Source: Eledone cirrhosa (taxonomy: Eukaryota). Taken from it: a stretch of DNA of 64,000 nucleotides. Positions within the stretch are counted from its first letter, which is position 1, and the number at the start of each line of letters is the position of its first letter. Both the position numbers and the translations under genes were made by a program. Under the pieces are notes generated by a model that saw nothing but the letters and a program-made list of their open reading frames with translations, searched no databases and had not been told where the DNA came from. The stretch spans positions 16,368,001-16,432,000 of the forward strand of contig OZ024761.1 in NCBI GenBank assembly GCA_964016885.1. Direction: 5' to 3'. This document shows, piece by piece, positions 40,090 through 56,365 of the stretch.

Positions 40090-40469
40090 TATTACTTTCA
40101 CTGTTATTTCTAGCATAAAAAAGAAAAACCGGAAGGGGAGAAAATTGAAAAACTTCTTCTTTTTCCCTCCTCTAACTTTTCAAACAAAAGGAAATTTTAT
40201 GTAAACAAAAACGAAATTTTTGCCAAGAAAGATAACTCTTCTCTGACTTAAATCCAAAATTGGGTTACAAAAAAATTCCGCAATTTTTTGTATCCCAACT
40301 TTGGATTTAAGTCAGAGAAGAGTTATCTTTCTTGGCAAAAATTTCGTTTTTGTTTACATAAAATTTCCTTTTGTTTGAAAAGTTAGAGGAGGGAAAAAGA
40401 AGAAGTTTTTCAATTTTCTCCACTTCCCGTTTTTTCTAGTGTATACTAGAAATAGCAGTCAAAGCAATA
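40090..40469. repeat. ~380-bp foldback hairpin, unit 4
   Basis: Same element; loop ATTCCGCAA. Confidence 0.95.
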
Positions 40470-40840
40470 TATATATGCCTTTTGTGACAATATATATTGT
40501 TTTAACGCTAGATTATTAACAACAATATATTGTATTTGTTGGCCTATTGGACGCAGAAGACGCTCACTCGATTTTTATTATATTTTACGTTGTATTTTGA
40601 GGTTTATAGGCATTTCTATGGACCACCTACAATATTCGCGGTTTTTCACTATTCTCGGGTTCTCTAGGACTGTAAACCCCACGAATGCCGGGGGGTAACT
40701 GTATATGAATATATCGACTGATAATATACAGTATAATTGTACGAGTATGCATATACATAGCAATATATATACATATTTACACATATATGTACATATATAT
40801 ATATAGACACACATGTATATATATATATATATAGACACAC

Positions 40841-40883
<43 letters not shown>

Positions 40884-40939
40884 TGTATGTATATATGTAT
40901 ACATATATATATATATGAATGTCTGTATATATGTACATA

Positions 40940-41021
<82 letters not shown>

Positions 41022-43727
41022 CATAGACATGTGTGTGTGTGTACATTCTTAGGTATATACATATATATTTATACACACATACATACAAATATATATATTT
41101 CTATGAGTCACAGTTTATTACACATTGGAGACAGAGTGAGAGATTTAGCTTTCATTTTTAGCAGATTTAGAAACTTTGCAAACGCTTTATTTTTTCTTAT
41201 TGCCGGTACTCTGAACACGATTTGAAATGACTGGAGTGAGTTTATAAAAGGGTAAACTGAAATAGTTGCACCGGTAATATATTTAGTGTTACACCGGTAT
41301 TTTCGAAACAGTCTCTTTCGCATTCGTCTGCAAGAGGTAACGTTTTCTATGCCGTCTCTGTTAGTGTAGAACTGTAGGTTGACTTGCTTGGTTTTTACAA
41401 CTCTTTGTCAACATGCATATTATTATTATATACTTTCAAACACACTTACATATATTATATTTATAAACATATAGGATTTTACTAAGTTTTTATTCTTTCT
41501 AATGTGAAGAGATAGAAATAATAAGTTAAAACTAAAGTATAATGATATAACAACTGTATATAATAGTTTTCTCCCCTTTATTGAGATGCAAACGTTTTAA
41601 AGAAAAAACATGACAGTATAAGAAATATTTAATATCATAACATATAATATTTCAGGTAGGATGGTCGTTTCTCTTGTCTTCCACCTAGTTGTAGATTCTT
41701 CATGTCCTCTCTAGCCATAATTATGTCGTCGACATATTCATATTCTTGAATGAATTGCAAATCATAAGGTAGCCTTCTTGGTACATTTATTAGCTTTAAT
41801 TCGTGTTTACACTGCTTGTAATAATTCGTACGTTTTTTTACTTTAGATGAAACATATATATAAAAACGTCTGTGGCTTTAGTATACCTTTAAGTTTGATT
41901 TCAATAGAAAAATATTTACTGAACATGTGTAACACAATTATAACTGGAGCTACTAAGTTCCTAGCCACTAGAAAATCTATTTGATAGAAGTTATTTCCTA
42001 GTTCTATGCACTGTCAATATCCCTTCTACTTTTTATATGCTTGTGTTTGTTAAAGAAACATTCTCTGATTTTAGAAACCACGTTCTTCTCGCACCACCGT
42101 TGTAGTAATTCTTGTTAAATGTTTTGTCTGGTCTATTGTCAATAAGTGTCCTTGTTTTCTGATTATGAATAAAGTTAAGTGGTCTACTGAATTGTCTTAA
42201 TTATTGCTAATTTATAAGTTTGTTTAACTGCCGATAACTTTTAAATCTATTTCTTAGGTTGCTTAGGCCTACAAATCTTATATCAGTGTCCCTTCTTTTG
42301 ACACTTTCTACGAGTGAATCCTTAAATTGACATTTTATTTTGGGTTGTACTGCCTTATCCCACCTATAACAGCTAGAAGCAAATATAGTAAAAACAGGTC
42401 CTTGACTGTGGAGACGAATATGAGTTATGTTGAATATAATTGTTGAGGTTTATTCAATCTAAGAGAAGAAAAAATAAGTAAAGTGCAAAATTAACGTTTA
42501 AAGACAAAAGTATTTCTCTTTCTCTCTGGCAAAATAAATCTGCTGTTTTTAGACCTAGAGGAGGGGAGGATTGACTCAGTCAGGTTTCAATGCCCACATG
42601 ACGGTAATTACGGCACCCCTACAACAACAGTTAAGTGTCTATAACCACCATGCATTTATGAGACTAAAAACCTTGCTAGTGTATTTTTATTTTGGTACAA
42701 AAGTTTTTAAATAATTTCATAAGTTTTAAATTCAAGTAAGTCCAATATAACGTATTTAAACGAATCTATAGATAGGATTTCAATATCTTCCAGAGCTTAT
42801 GAAATAGTAAAACAATTTTTTTTTCTTTTCAATTATATCAAATACCATAAGTTGTTCTTTATTAAAGAAATGCTAAAATAGATTTAGTTAGTATGACTCT
42901 GAAATGTGTTCATAAACGGTAATGTTATGTTTTCCGTAGAGACTGTCTGTCTTACAGTATGTTTACACACAATACATACATGCATATACATAAATTAATT
43001 GTTTATTAGCTATATTCATCTGTTTACACACCTCGTAATAATTCGAGCGGTTTTGTTTTTGTTTTTTCTTCAGGAGAGACGTAGATAGAAAAACGTTCGT
43101 GGCTTTAGTATTGTTTAATTGCCGATAAATTTGAAATATATTTGTTAGGTTTCTTAGAACTACAAATCTTTCTTATGACACTTACTACGGAATAAATTCT
43201 TAGCTGGATACTTTACTTTGTGATTACTTTCCTCCCAAAGCCATAACAGCTTGAATGAGATGTAGCAAAAACTTGTGAAGACTGACATGAGTTATGTTGA
43301 ATATAAGTGTAGACGTAAAATATTTTTGTTTATTCAATCTAAAGAATTTTAAGTCAAGTGCAAAATTAATGTTTAAAGGCATAAGAAAGGTATCTCGCTT
43401 TCTCTCCTGTAAAACAAATAGGCTGTTTTTAGACCAGGAGGATGGGAGGATTGACTCAGTCAGATTTAAATGCACACATGACGGTAAATACGACAGTCCT
43501 ACAACAGTTAAGTGTCTATAACAACCATGCATTTAAGAGACTGAAAACCTTACTAATGTGTTTTTATTTTGGTATTTAAAAACAAATTATATATTTAATT
43601 TCATGTAAGTCAAATACAATGTATTTAAATGAATCTACAGATGGAGTTGCAATATCTGCCAGGACTTTGGAAATAGAGAAATATATAATTTTTAAAATTA
43701 AAACTACTTTTCAAAGGAATAATAAAG

Positions 43728-43762
<35 letters not shown>

Positions 43763-46256
43763 TCTCTAGTGGAGATATTTCTGAGATTGGAAACCCTATC
43801 GATGTATGTATTTTGTCACTGAAAAGTTATCAAAAATTTATTATTATATATACATGTTTGTGTTTTTGACGTAAGTAAAACGAATCTATATACGAGATTT
43901 TCGATACCTGCCAGAGCTAATGAAATAGTAAAAGAATATTTTTATTTTTCAATTATGTCAAACATCGTATGTGGTTCTTTATTAAAGAAATGCTAAAATG
44001 GATTTAAAGATATGAAATTTGCACAGTAGAATTACGGCCGCTTGGCTGGCGTCTGGTAAAGTGGTGGTAGTGTAGGTTCGAGCGGAGGGGAAACTAAAAA
44101 GGTGGCTTCGAGATGATCGTGGCCCCGGGTAGCCCAGAAGATAGAGACCAATCTCTTAAATTAAAAAAAATTAAAATGTTTTAAACTTAAGATAAAGTAG
44201 AAGATCGAAACCCTATCTCCAAATCTATACACACTCAATTGATGCATAGATACACCACAACTACCCACACGACCACCTACAGACCAACAAATACGGAGTG
44301 AAAATAAACACATTTAAAGCTATTTTATTGTTAGACTAAAAATAAGTTTATATATGTAAATATTCAAAAGAAAATCACTTAAGTCTTTATAGTCTAGTGG
44401 TAAGACATAGGACTGGGGAATGTCGTGTTTGGATTTCGAATCAACTTAAAACATTATTTTTTTTATCCTCACACTGTAAGGAATTTGCTTGATTTGAACA
44501 CGTAGTCATACCATTTAAAGCTTTATTTTTCTCTTTCTAGTCGTAACACAGTCAGCATATAAATAAACGTGATTCACTTCAACACGTTGCCATACCATTT
44601 AAAACTTTATTTGGAGATGAGACAAAGACACATAAATACACCAAGTAGTAAACCCTTGATTTAACTTACTATGAAGATGAAGAATGTCTGTTAATATCAA
44701 AGTGACGTTAAATTTAGGGGTCACTTTCATTGTTTTTAATTTACAGAAACTCCTTAATATAATACAATGTATATATTAGAAGGAATATTTTTTATTTTCT
44801 TGTTCCGTCAAACCTTGCGTTTATTCTACACACACACACGTCGAAACACTTGCTTGAGGTGGCTTTCTTAGACATAATGAGAAGTGTTGGCTTTGTGGAG
44901 ATTGATACAACTTTGGGTGATGTTACGAGGAGAGGCAAGGCTATGGAGAGTGTCTTAGTGGAAGAGATGATATCAGAGCAGTAACCTCCAAAGAGATGAA
45001 ATTAGTGACTGAGATGCTATCATTGCATAGTTCAGAATATATATAACAAACATATACTATAAATTTAACAAGTCAAACTACAGTTATACTCTAACACGGA
45101 AGACAAATAAAACGTTACCTCTATCATGCACGTCGTATCCAGTGTGTTGTTATAAGAAAACCGGTGAAACACTAAATATGCCACCAGTGTAGCGATTTTA
45201 TACTCTCTCTGCTTCATCGTACCACCCAGTAACATGAAACTGTGTTCAAATCCCTGGGAGGTAGAATTACGTCGCTTTAAATAAACACACTGGGGTCAGT
45301 TTGAATATTGATTTCATGTGAAAAATATATACATATTATGATTGTACTCCGAACTATTAATATTGAAACAATTCTAATGCGCCAATAAAATTTATATATC
45401 TATACAGCAACAGTGTTTTCGATCTTTCTTACTTTTTTATTCACATTCTACAGTCACTTTAACTCTGTAATAAAACCCAACACGAGACGAACGTTAGCTG
45501 CAGTTACCCACGAAATTAACGCACACACAAATGAATATATATATATATACTACTAAAATGTATTTAAAATTAAAAAATAAATGCTTAAATTCAATGTATA
45601 ATTACACGTACAATATGTTTTGTTGTAAAACCCTAAATAATGATTTCAGAAATGATGTCAATCTCTTTGTACGGAGATAAACATTAATTTAAGTATATGC
45701 ATTGTGTGTGCGTATATACTCCATTTAAGACAGCGAAAAAGCCAGTACCTTCTTCGAAGAATGCCAAATAGTTTATGCCTCAGGGATACCGGTGTAACAC
45801 TGATTAAATTACCGGTGTAGATATTTCAGTTGAACCCTGCTTCAACAAACTACCCGGTAATTTGAAATCGAGTTCAGAGTGAGGGGTGTAAAACAGAATT
45901 CTGTTTAGAAAATAGTAAATTCTAAACCTGCTAGAAATAATAGCCAAATGTCGTACTTTGGGTACGAGGTGCGACTCGTCTTACCTCTTCTAATATATAT
46001 ATATATATATGTGTGTGTGTAGATTCACGGGTCGCGGCGGAGAGAAACCACAATAAATACAATGTACTCAATAGATTGGCATAGTATATATATATGTGTG
46101 TGTACATATAAATATGTGTGTGTGTGTATGTATATATATATATGTATAAATGTATATATACATATAAATACTTATATATATATATATATACATAAACATG
46201 TGTATACATACACACATATATAAATAAATATGTATGTATATATATATATCTGTGTG

Positions 46257-46296
<40 letters not shown>

Positions 46297-46339
46297 TTAC
46301 TTAGGTTCTAAGGAATATTCCGCGAATGTCGGGGTTTAT

Positions 46340-46376
<37 letters not shown>

Positions 46377-46387
46377 ATATACATATT

Positions 46388-46768
46388 TATTACTTTCACT
46401 GTTATTTCTAGCATAAAAAAGAAAAACCGGAAGGGGAGAAAATTGAAAAACTTCTTCTTTTTCCCTCCTCTAACTTTTCAAACAAAAGGAAATTTTATGT
46501 AAACAAAAACGAAATTTTTGCCAAGAAAGATAACTCTTCTCTGACTTAAATCCAAAATTGGGATACAAAAAAAATTCCGCCAGTTTTTGTATCCCAATTT
46601 TGGATTTAAGTCAGAGAAGAGTTATCTTTCTTGGCAAAAATTTCGTTTTTGTTTACATAAAATTTCCTTTTGTTTGAAAAGTTAGAGGAGGTAAAAAGAA
46701 GAAGTTTTTCAATTTTCTCCACTTCCCGTTTTATCTAGTGTATACTAGAAATAGCAGTCAAAGCAATA
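46388..46768. repeat. ~380-bp foldback hairpin, unit 5
   Basis: Same element; loop TTCCGCCAG. Confidence 0.95.
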
Positions 46769-47111
46769 TATATATGCCTTTTGTGACAAAATATATTGTT
46801 TTAATGCTAGATTATTAACAACAATATATTGTATTTGTTGGCCTATTGGACGCAGAAGACGCTCACTCGATTTTTATTATATTTTACGTTGTATTTTGAG
46901 GTTTATAGACATTTCTATGGACCACCTACAATATTCGCGGTTTTTCACTATTCTCGGGTTCTCTAGGACTGTAAACCCCACGAATGCCGGGGGGTAACTG
47001 TATATGAATATATCGACTGATAATATACAGTATAATTGTACGAGTATGCATATACATAGCAATATATATACATATTTACACATATATGTACATATATATA
47101 TATAGACACAC

Positions 47112-47160
<49 letters not shown>

Positions 47161-47162
47161 TG

Positions 47163-47193
<31 letters not shown>

Positions 47194-47244
47194 GCATGTA
47201 TGTATATATGTATACATATATATATATATGAATGTCTGTATATA

Positions 47245-47296
<52 letters not shown>

Positions 47297-50200
47297 TAGA
47301 CATGTGTGTGTGTGTACATTCTTAGGTATATACATATATATTTATACACACATACATACAAATATATATATTTCTATGAGTCACAGTTTATTTCACATTG
47401 GAGACAGAGTGAGAGATTTAGCTTTCATTTTTAGCAGATTTAGAAACTTTGCAAACGCTTTATTTTTTCTTATTGCCGGTACTCTGAACACGATTTGAAA
47501 TGACTGGAGTGAGTTTATAAAAGGGTAAACTGAAATAGTTGCACCGGTAATATATTTAGTGTTACACCGGTATTTTCGAAACAGTCTCTTTCGCATTCGT
47601 CTGCAAGAGGTAACGTTTTCTATGCCGTCTCTGTTAGTGTAGAACTGTAGGTTGACTTGCTTGGTTTTTACAACTCTTTGTCAACATGCATATTATTATT
47701 ATATACTTTCAAACACACTTACATATATTATATTTATAAACATATAGGATTTTACTAAGTTTTTATTCTTTCTAATGTGAAGAGATAGAAATAATAAGTT
47801 AAAACTAAAGTATAATGATATAACAACTGTATATAATAGTTTTCTCCCCTTTATTGAGATGCAAACGTTTTAAAGAAAAAACATGACGGTATAAGAAATA
47901 TTTAATATCATAACATATAATATTTCAGGTAGGATGGTCGTTTCTCTTGTCTTCCACCTCTAGTTGTAGATTCTTCATGTCCTCTCTAGCCATAATTATG
48001 TCGTCGACATATGCATAAGTTTGATTTCTCCTTGAATGAATTGCAAATCTTGAGGTAGCCTTCTTGGTACATTTATTAGCTTTAATTCGTGTTTACACTG
48101 CTTGTAATAATTCGTACGTTTTTTACTTTAGATGAAACATATATATAAAAACGTCTGTGGCTTTAGTATACCTTTAAGTTTGATTTCAATAGAAAAATAT
48201 TTACTGAACATGTGTAACACAATTATAACTGGAGCTACTAAGTTCCTAGCCACTAGAAAATCTATTTGATAGAAGTTATTTCCTAGTTCTATGCACTGTC
48301 AATATCCCTTCTACTTTTTATATGCTTGTGTTTGTTAAAGAAACATTCTCTGATTTTAGAAACCACGTTCTTCTCGCACCACCGTTGTAGTAATTCTTGT
48401 TAAATGTTTTGTCTGGTCTATTGTCAATAAGTGTCCTTGTTTTCTGATTATGAATAAAGTTAAGTGGTCTACTGAATTGTCTTAATTATTGCTAATTTAT
48501 AAGTTTGTTTAACTGCCGATAACTTTTAAATCTATTTCTTAGGTTGCTTAGGCCTACAAATCTTATATCAGTGTCCCTTCTTTTGACACTTTCTACGAGT
48601 GAATCCTTAAATTGACATTTTATTTTGGGTTGTACTGCCTTATCCCACCTATAACAGCGAGAAGCAAATATAGTAAAAACAGGTCCTTGACTGTGGAGAC
48701 GAATAGGAGTTATGTTGAATATAATTGTTGAGGTTTATTCAATCTAAGAGAAGAAAAAATAAGTAAAGTGCAAAATTAACGTTTAAAGACAAAAGTATTT
48801 CTCTTTCTCCCTGGCAAAATAAATCTGCTGTTTGTAGACCTAGAGGAGGGGAGGATTGACTCAGTCAGGTTTCAATGCCCACATGACGGAAATTACGGCA
48901 CACCTACAACAACAGTTAAGTGTCTATAACCACCACGCATTTATGAGACTAAAAACCTTGGTAGTGTATTTTTATTTTGGTACAAAAGTTTTTAAATAAT
49001 TTCATAAGTTTTAAATTCAACTAAGTCCAATATAACGTATTTAAACGAATCTATAGATAGGATTTCAATATCTTCCAGAGCTTATGAAATAGTAAAACAA
49101 TTTTTTTTCTTTTCAATTATATCAAATACCATAAGTTGTTCTTTATTAAAGAAATGCTAAAATAGATTTAGTTAGTATGACTCTGAAATGTGTTCATAAA
49201 CGGTAATGTTATGTTTTCCGTAGAGCCTGTCTGTCTTACAGTATGTTTACACACAATACATACATGCATATACATAAATTAATTGTTTATTAGCTATATT
49301 CATCTGTTTACACTCCTCGTAATAATTCGAGCGGTTTTGTTTTTGTTTTTTCTTCAGGAGAGACGTAGATAGAAAAACGTTTGTGGCTTTAGTATTGCTT
49401 ATTTTTAAGTTTTGTTTAATTGCCGATAAATTTGAAATATATTTGTTAGGTTTCTTAGAACTACAAATCTTTCTTATGACACTTACTACGGAATAAATTC
49501 TTAGCTGGATACTTTACTTTGTGATTACTTTCCTCCTAAAGCTATGACAGCTTGAATGAGATGTAGCAAAATCTTGTGAAGACTGACATGAGTTATGTTG
49601 AATATAAGTGTAGACGTAAAATATTTTTGTTTATTCAATCTAAAGGGAAGGAAAAAGAATTATAAGTCAAGTGCAAAATTAACGTTTAAAGGCATAAGAA
49701 ATGTATCTCGCTTTCTCTCCTGTAAAACAAATAGGCTGTTTTTAGACCAGGAGGATGGGAGGATTGACTCAGTCAGATTTAAATGCACACATGACGGTAA
49801 ATACGACAGTCCTACAACAGTTAAGTGTCTATAACAACCATGCATTTAAGAGACTGAAAACCTTACTAATGTGTTTTTATTTTGGTATTTAAAAACAAAT
49901 TATATATTTAATTTCATGTAAGTCAAATACAATGTATTTAAATGAATCTACAGATGGAGTTGCAATATCTGCCAGGACTTTGGAAATAGGGAAATATATA
50001 ATTTTTAAAATTAAAACTACTTTTCAAAGGAATAATAAAGATATATATACACACACACACACACACACATCTCTAGTGGAGATATTTCTGAGATTGGAAA
50101 CCCTATCGATGTATGTATTTTGTCACTGAAAAGTTATCAAAAAATTATTATTATATATACATGTTTGTGTTTTTGACGTAAGTAAAACGAATCTATATAC

Positions 50201-52306
50201 GAGATTTTCGATACCTGCCAGAGCTAATGAAATAGTAAAAGAATATTTTTATTTTTCAATTATGTCAAACATCGTATGTGGTTCTTTATTAAAGAAATGC
50301 TAAAATGTATTTAAAGATATGAAATTTGCACAGTAGAATTACGGCCGCTTGGCTGGCGTCTGGTAAAGTGGTGGTAGTGTAGGTTCGAGCGGAGGGGAAA
50401 CTAAAAAGGTGGCTTCGAGATGATCGTGGCCCCGGGTAGCCCAGAAGATAGAGACCAATCTCTTAAATTAAAAAAAATTAAAATGTTTTAAACTTAAGAT
50501 AAAGTAGAAGATCGAAACCCTATCTCCAAATCTATACACACTCAATTGATGCATAGATACACCACAACTACCCACACGACCACCTACAGACCAACAAATA
50601 CGGAGTGAAAATAAACACATTTAAAGCTATTTTATTGTTAGACTAAAAATAAGTTTATATATGTAAATATTCAAAAGAAAATCACTTAAGTCTTTATAGT
50701 CTAGTGGTAAGACATAGGACTGGGGAATGTCGTGTTTGGATTTCGAATCAACTTAAAACATTATTTTTTTTATCCTCACACTGTAAGGAATTTGCTTGAT
50801 TTGAACACGTAGTCATACCATTTAAAGCTTTATTTTTCTCTTTCTAGTCGTAACACAGTCAGCATATAAATAAACGTGATTCACTTCAACACGTTGCCAT
50901 ACCATTTAAAACTTTATTTGGAGATGAGACAAAGACACATAAATACACTAAGTAGTAAACCCTTGATTTAACTTACTATGAAGATGAAGAATGTCTGTTA
51001 ATATCAAAGTGACGTTAAATTTAGGGGTCACTTTCATTGTTTTTAATTTACAGAAACTCCTTAATATAATACAATGTATATATTAGAAGGAATATTTTTT
51101 ATTTTCTTGTTCCGTCAAACCTTGCGTTTATTCTACACACACACACACGTCGAAACACTTGCTTGAGGTGGCTTTCTTAGACATAATGAGAAGTGTTGGC
51201 TTTGTGGAGATTGATACAACTTTGGGTGATGTTACGAGGAGAGGCAAGGCTATGGAGAGTGTCTTAGTGGAAGAGATGATATCAGAGCAGTAACCTCCAA
51301 AGAGATGAAATTAGTGACTGAGATGCTATCATTGCATAGTTCAGAATATATATAACAAACATATACTATAAATTTAACAAGTCAAACTACAGTTATACTC
51401 TAACACGGAAGACAAATAAAACGTTACCTCTATCATGCACGTCGTATCCAGTGTGTTGTTATAAGAAAACCGGTGAAACACTAAATATGCCACCAGTGTA
51501 GCGATTTTATACTCTCTCTGCTTCATCGTACCACCCAGTAACATGAAACTGTGTTCAAATCCCTGGGAGGTAGAATTACGTCGCTTTAAATAAACACACT
51601 GGGGGTCAGTTTGAATATTGATTTCATGTGAAAAATATATACATATTATGATTGTACTCCGAACTATTAATATTGAAACAATTCTAATGCGCCAATAAAA
51701 TTTATATATCTATACAGCAACAGTGTTTTCGATCTTTCTTACTTTTTTATTCACATTCTACAGTCACTTTAACTCTGTAATAAAACCCAACACGAGACGA
51801 ACGTTAGCTGCAGTTACCCACGAAATTAACTCACTCACAAATGAATATATATATATATATATACTACTAAAATGTATTTAAAATTAAAAAATAAATGCTT
51901 AAATTCAATGTATAATTTCACGTACAATATGTTTTGTTGTAAAACCCTAAATAATGATTTCAGAAATGATGTCAATCTCTTTGTACAGAGATAAACATTA
52001 ATTTATGTATATGCATTGTGTGTGCGTATATACTCCATTTAAGACAGCGAAAAAGCCAGTACCTTCTTCGAAGAATGCCAAATAGTTTATGCCTCAGGGA
52101 TACCGGTGTAACACTAATTAAGTTACCGGTGTAGATATTTCAGTTGAACCCTGCTTCAACAAACTACCCGGTAATTTGAAATCGAGTTCAGAGTGAGGGG
52201 TGTAAAACAGAATTCTGTTTGGAAAATAGTAAATTCTAAACCTGCTAGAAATAATAGCCAAATGTCGTATTTTGGGTACGAGGTGCGACTCGTCTTACCT
52301 CTTCTA

Positions 52307-52338
<32 letters not shown>

Positions 52339-52687
52339 AGATTCACGGGTCGCTGCGGAGAGAAACCACAATAAATACAATGTACTCAATAGATTGGCAT
52401 AGTATATATATATGTGTGTGTACATATAAATATGTGTGTGTGTGTGTATGTATATATATATATGTATAAATGTATATATACATATAAATACTTATATATA
52501 TATATATACATAAACATATGTATACATACACACATATATAAATAAATATGTATGTATATATATATATCTGTGTGTCTATTTATATATATATATATATATA
52601 TATAATTATTACTTAGGTTCTAAGGAATATTCCGCGAATGTCGGGGTTTAATGTGTATATATATATATATATGTGTATATACATATT

Positions 52688-53067
52688 TATTACTTTCACT
52701 GTTATTTCTAGCATAAAAAAGAAAAACCGGAAGGGGAGAAAATTGAAAAACTTCTTCTTTTTCCCTCCTCTAACTTTTCAAACAAAAGGAAATTTTATGT
52801 AAACAAAAACGAAATTTTTGCCAAGAAAGATAACTCTTCTCTGACTTAAATCCAAAATTGGGTTACAAAAAAATTCCGCAATTTTTTGTATCCCAACTTT
52901 GGATTTAAGTCAGAGAAGAGTTATCTTTCTTGGCAAAAATTTCGTTTTTGTTTACATAAAATTTCCTTTTGTTTGAAAAGTTAGAGGAGGGAAAAAGAAG
53001 AAGTTTTTCAATTTTCTCCACTTCCCGTTTTTTCTAGTGTATACTAGAAATAGCAGTCAAAGCAATA
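52688..53067. repeat. ~380-bp foldback hairpin, unit 6
   Basis: Same element; loop ATTCCGCAA. Confidence 0.95.
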
Positions 53068-53438
53068 TATATATGCCTTTTGTGACAATATATATTGTTT
53101 TAACGCTAGATTATTAACAACAATATATTGTATTTGTTGGCCTATTGGACGCAGAAGACGCTCACTCGATTTTTATTATATTTTACGTTGTATTTTGAGG
53201 TTTATAGGCATTTCTATGGACCACCTACAATATTCGCGGTTTTTCACTATTCTCGGGTTCTCTAGGACTGTAAACCCCACGAATGCCGGGGGGTAACTGT
53301 ATATGAATATATCGACTGATAATATACAGTATAATTGTACGAGTATGCATATACATAGCAATATATATACATATTTACACATATATGTACATATATATAT
53401 ATAGACACACATGTATATATATATATATATAGACACAC

Positions 53439-53481
<43 letters not shown>

Positions 53482-53537
53482 TGTATGTATATATGTATAC
53501 ATATATATATATATGAATGTCTGTATATATGTACATA

Positions 53538-53619
<82 letters not shown>

Positions 53620-56325
53620 CATAGACATGTGTGTGTGTGTACATTCTTAGGTATATACATATATATTTATACACACATACATACAAATATATATATTTCT
53701 ATGAGTCACAGTTTATTACACATTGGAGACAGAGTGAGAGATTTAGCTTTCATTTTTAGCAGATTTAGAAACTTTGCAAACGCTTTATTTTTTCTTATTG
53801 CCGGTACTCTGAACACGATTTGAAATGACTGGAGTGAGTTTATAAAAGGGTAAACTGAAATAGTTGCACCGGTAATATATTTAGTGTTACACCGGTATTT
53901 TCGAAACAGTCTCTTTCGCATTCGTCTGCAAGAGGTAACGTTTTCTATGCCGTCTCTGTTAGTGTAGAACTGTAGGTTGACTTGCTTGGTTTTTACAACT
54001 CTTTGTCAACATGCATATTATTATTATATACTTTCAAACACACTTACATATATTATATTTATAAACATATAGGATTTTACTAAGTTTTTATTCTTTCTAA
54101 TGTGAAGAGATAGAAATAATAAGTTAAAACTAAAGTATAATGATATAACAACTGTATATAATAGTTTTCTCCCCTTTATTGAGATGCAAACGTTTTAAAG
54201 AAAAAACATGACAGTATAAGAAATATTTAATATCATAACATATAATATTTCAGGTAGGATGGTCGTTTCTCTTGTCTTCCACCTAGTTGTAGATTCTTCA
54301 TGTCCTCTCTAGCCATAATTATGTCGTCGACATATTCATATTCTTGAATGAATTGCAAATCATAAGGTAGCCTTCTTGGTACATTTATTAGCTTTAATTC
54401 GTGTTTACACTGCTTGTAATAATTCGTACGTTTTTTTACTTTAGATGAAACATATATATAAAAACGTCTGTGGCTTTAGTATACCTTTAAGTTTGATTTC
54501 AATAGAAAAATATTTACTGAACATGTGAAACACAATTATAACTGGAGCTACTAAGTTCCTAGCCACTAGAAAATCTATTTGATAGAAGTTATTTCCTAGT
54601 TCTATGCACTGTCAATATCCCTTCTACTTTTTATATGCTTGTGTTTGTTAAAGAAACATTCTCTGATTTTAGAAACCACGTTCTTCTCGCACCACCGTTG
54701 TAGTAATTCTTGTTAAATGTTTTGTCTGGTCTATTGTCAATAAGTGTCCTTGTTTTCTGATTATGAATAAAGTTAAGTGGTCTACTGAATTGTCTTAATT
54801 ATTGCTAATTTATAAGTTTGTTTAACTGCCGATAACTTTTAAATCTATTTCTTAGGTTGCTTAGGCCTACAAATCTTATATCAGTGTCCCTTCTTTTGAC
54901 ACTTTCTACGAGTGAATCCTTAAATTGACATTTTATTTTGGGTTGTACTGCCTTATCCCACCTATAACAGCTAGAAGCAAATATAGTAAAAACAGGTCCT
55001 TGACTGTGGAGACGAATATGAGTTATGTTGAATATAATTGTTGAGGTTTATTCAATCTAAGAGAAGAAAAAATAAGTAAAGTGCAAAATTAACGTTTAAA
55101 GACAAAAGTATTTCTCTTTCTCTCTGGCAAAATAAATCTGCTGTTTTTAGACCTAGAGGAGGGGAGGATTGACTCAGTCAGGTTTCAATGCCCACATGAC
55201 GGTAATTACGGCACCCCTACAACAACAGTTAAGTGTCTATAACCACCATGCATTTATGAGACTAAAAACCTTGCTAGTGTATTTTTATTTTGGTACAAAA
55301 GTTTTTAAATAATTTCATAAGTTTTAAATTCAAGTAAGTCCAATATAACGTATTTAAACGAATCTATAGATAGGATTTCAATATCTTCCAGAGCTTATGA
55401 AATAGTAAAACAATTTTTTTTTCTTTTCAATTATATCAAATACCATAAGTTGTTCTTTATTAAAGAAATGCTAAAATAGATTTAGTTAGTATGACTCTGA
55501 AATGTGTTCATAAACGGTAATGTTATGTTTTCCGTAGAGACTGTCTGTCTTACAGTATGTTTACACACAATACATACATGCATATACATAAATTAATTGT
55601 TTATTAGCTATATTCATCTGTTTACACACCTCGTAATAATTCGAGCGGTTTTGTTTTTGTTTTTTCTTCAGGAGAGACGTAGATAGAAAAACGTTCGTGG
55701 CTTTAGTATTGTTTAATTGCCGATAAATTTGAAATATATTTGTTAGGTTTCTTAGAACTACAAATCTTTCTTATGACACTTACTACGGAATAAATTCTTA
55801 GCTGGATACTTTACTTTGTGATTACTTTCCTCCCAAAGCCATAACAGCTTGAATGAGATGTAGCAAAAACTTGTGAAGACTGACATGAGTTATGTTGAAT
55901 ATAAGTGTAGACGTAAAATATTTTTGTTTATTCAATCTAAAGAATTTTAAGTCAAGTGCAAAATTAATGTTTAAAGGCATAAGAAAGGTATCTCGCTTTC
56001 TCTCCTGTAAAACAAATAGGCTGTTTTTAGACCAGGAGGATGGGAGGATTGACTCAGTCAGATTTAAATGCACACATGACGGTAAATACGACAGTCCTAC
56101 AACAGTTAAGTGTCTATAACAACCATGCATTTAAGAGACTGAAAACCTTACTAATGTGTTTTTATTTTGGTATTTAAAAACAAATTATATATTTAATTTC
56201 ATGTAAGTCAAATACAATGTATTTAAATGAATCTACAGATGGAGTTGCAATATCTGCCAGGACTTTGGAAATAGAGAAATATATAATTTTTAAAATTAAA
56301 ACTACTTTTCAAAGGAATAATAAAG

Positions 56326-56365
<40 letters not shown>
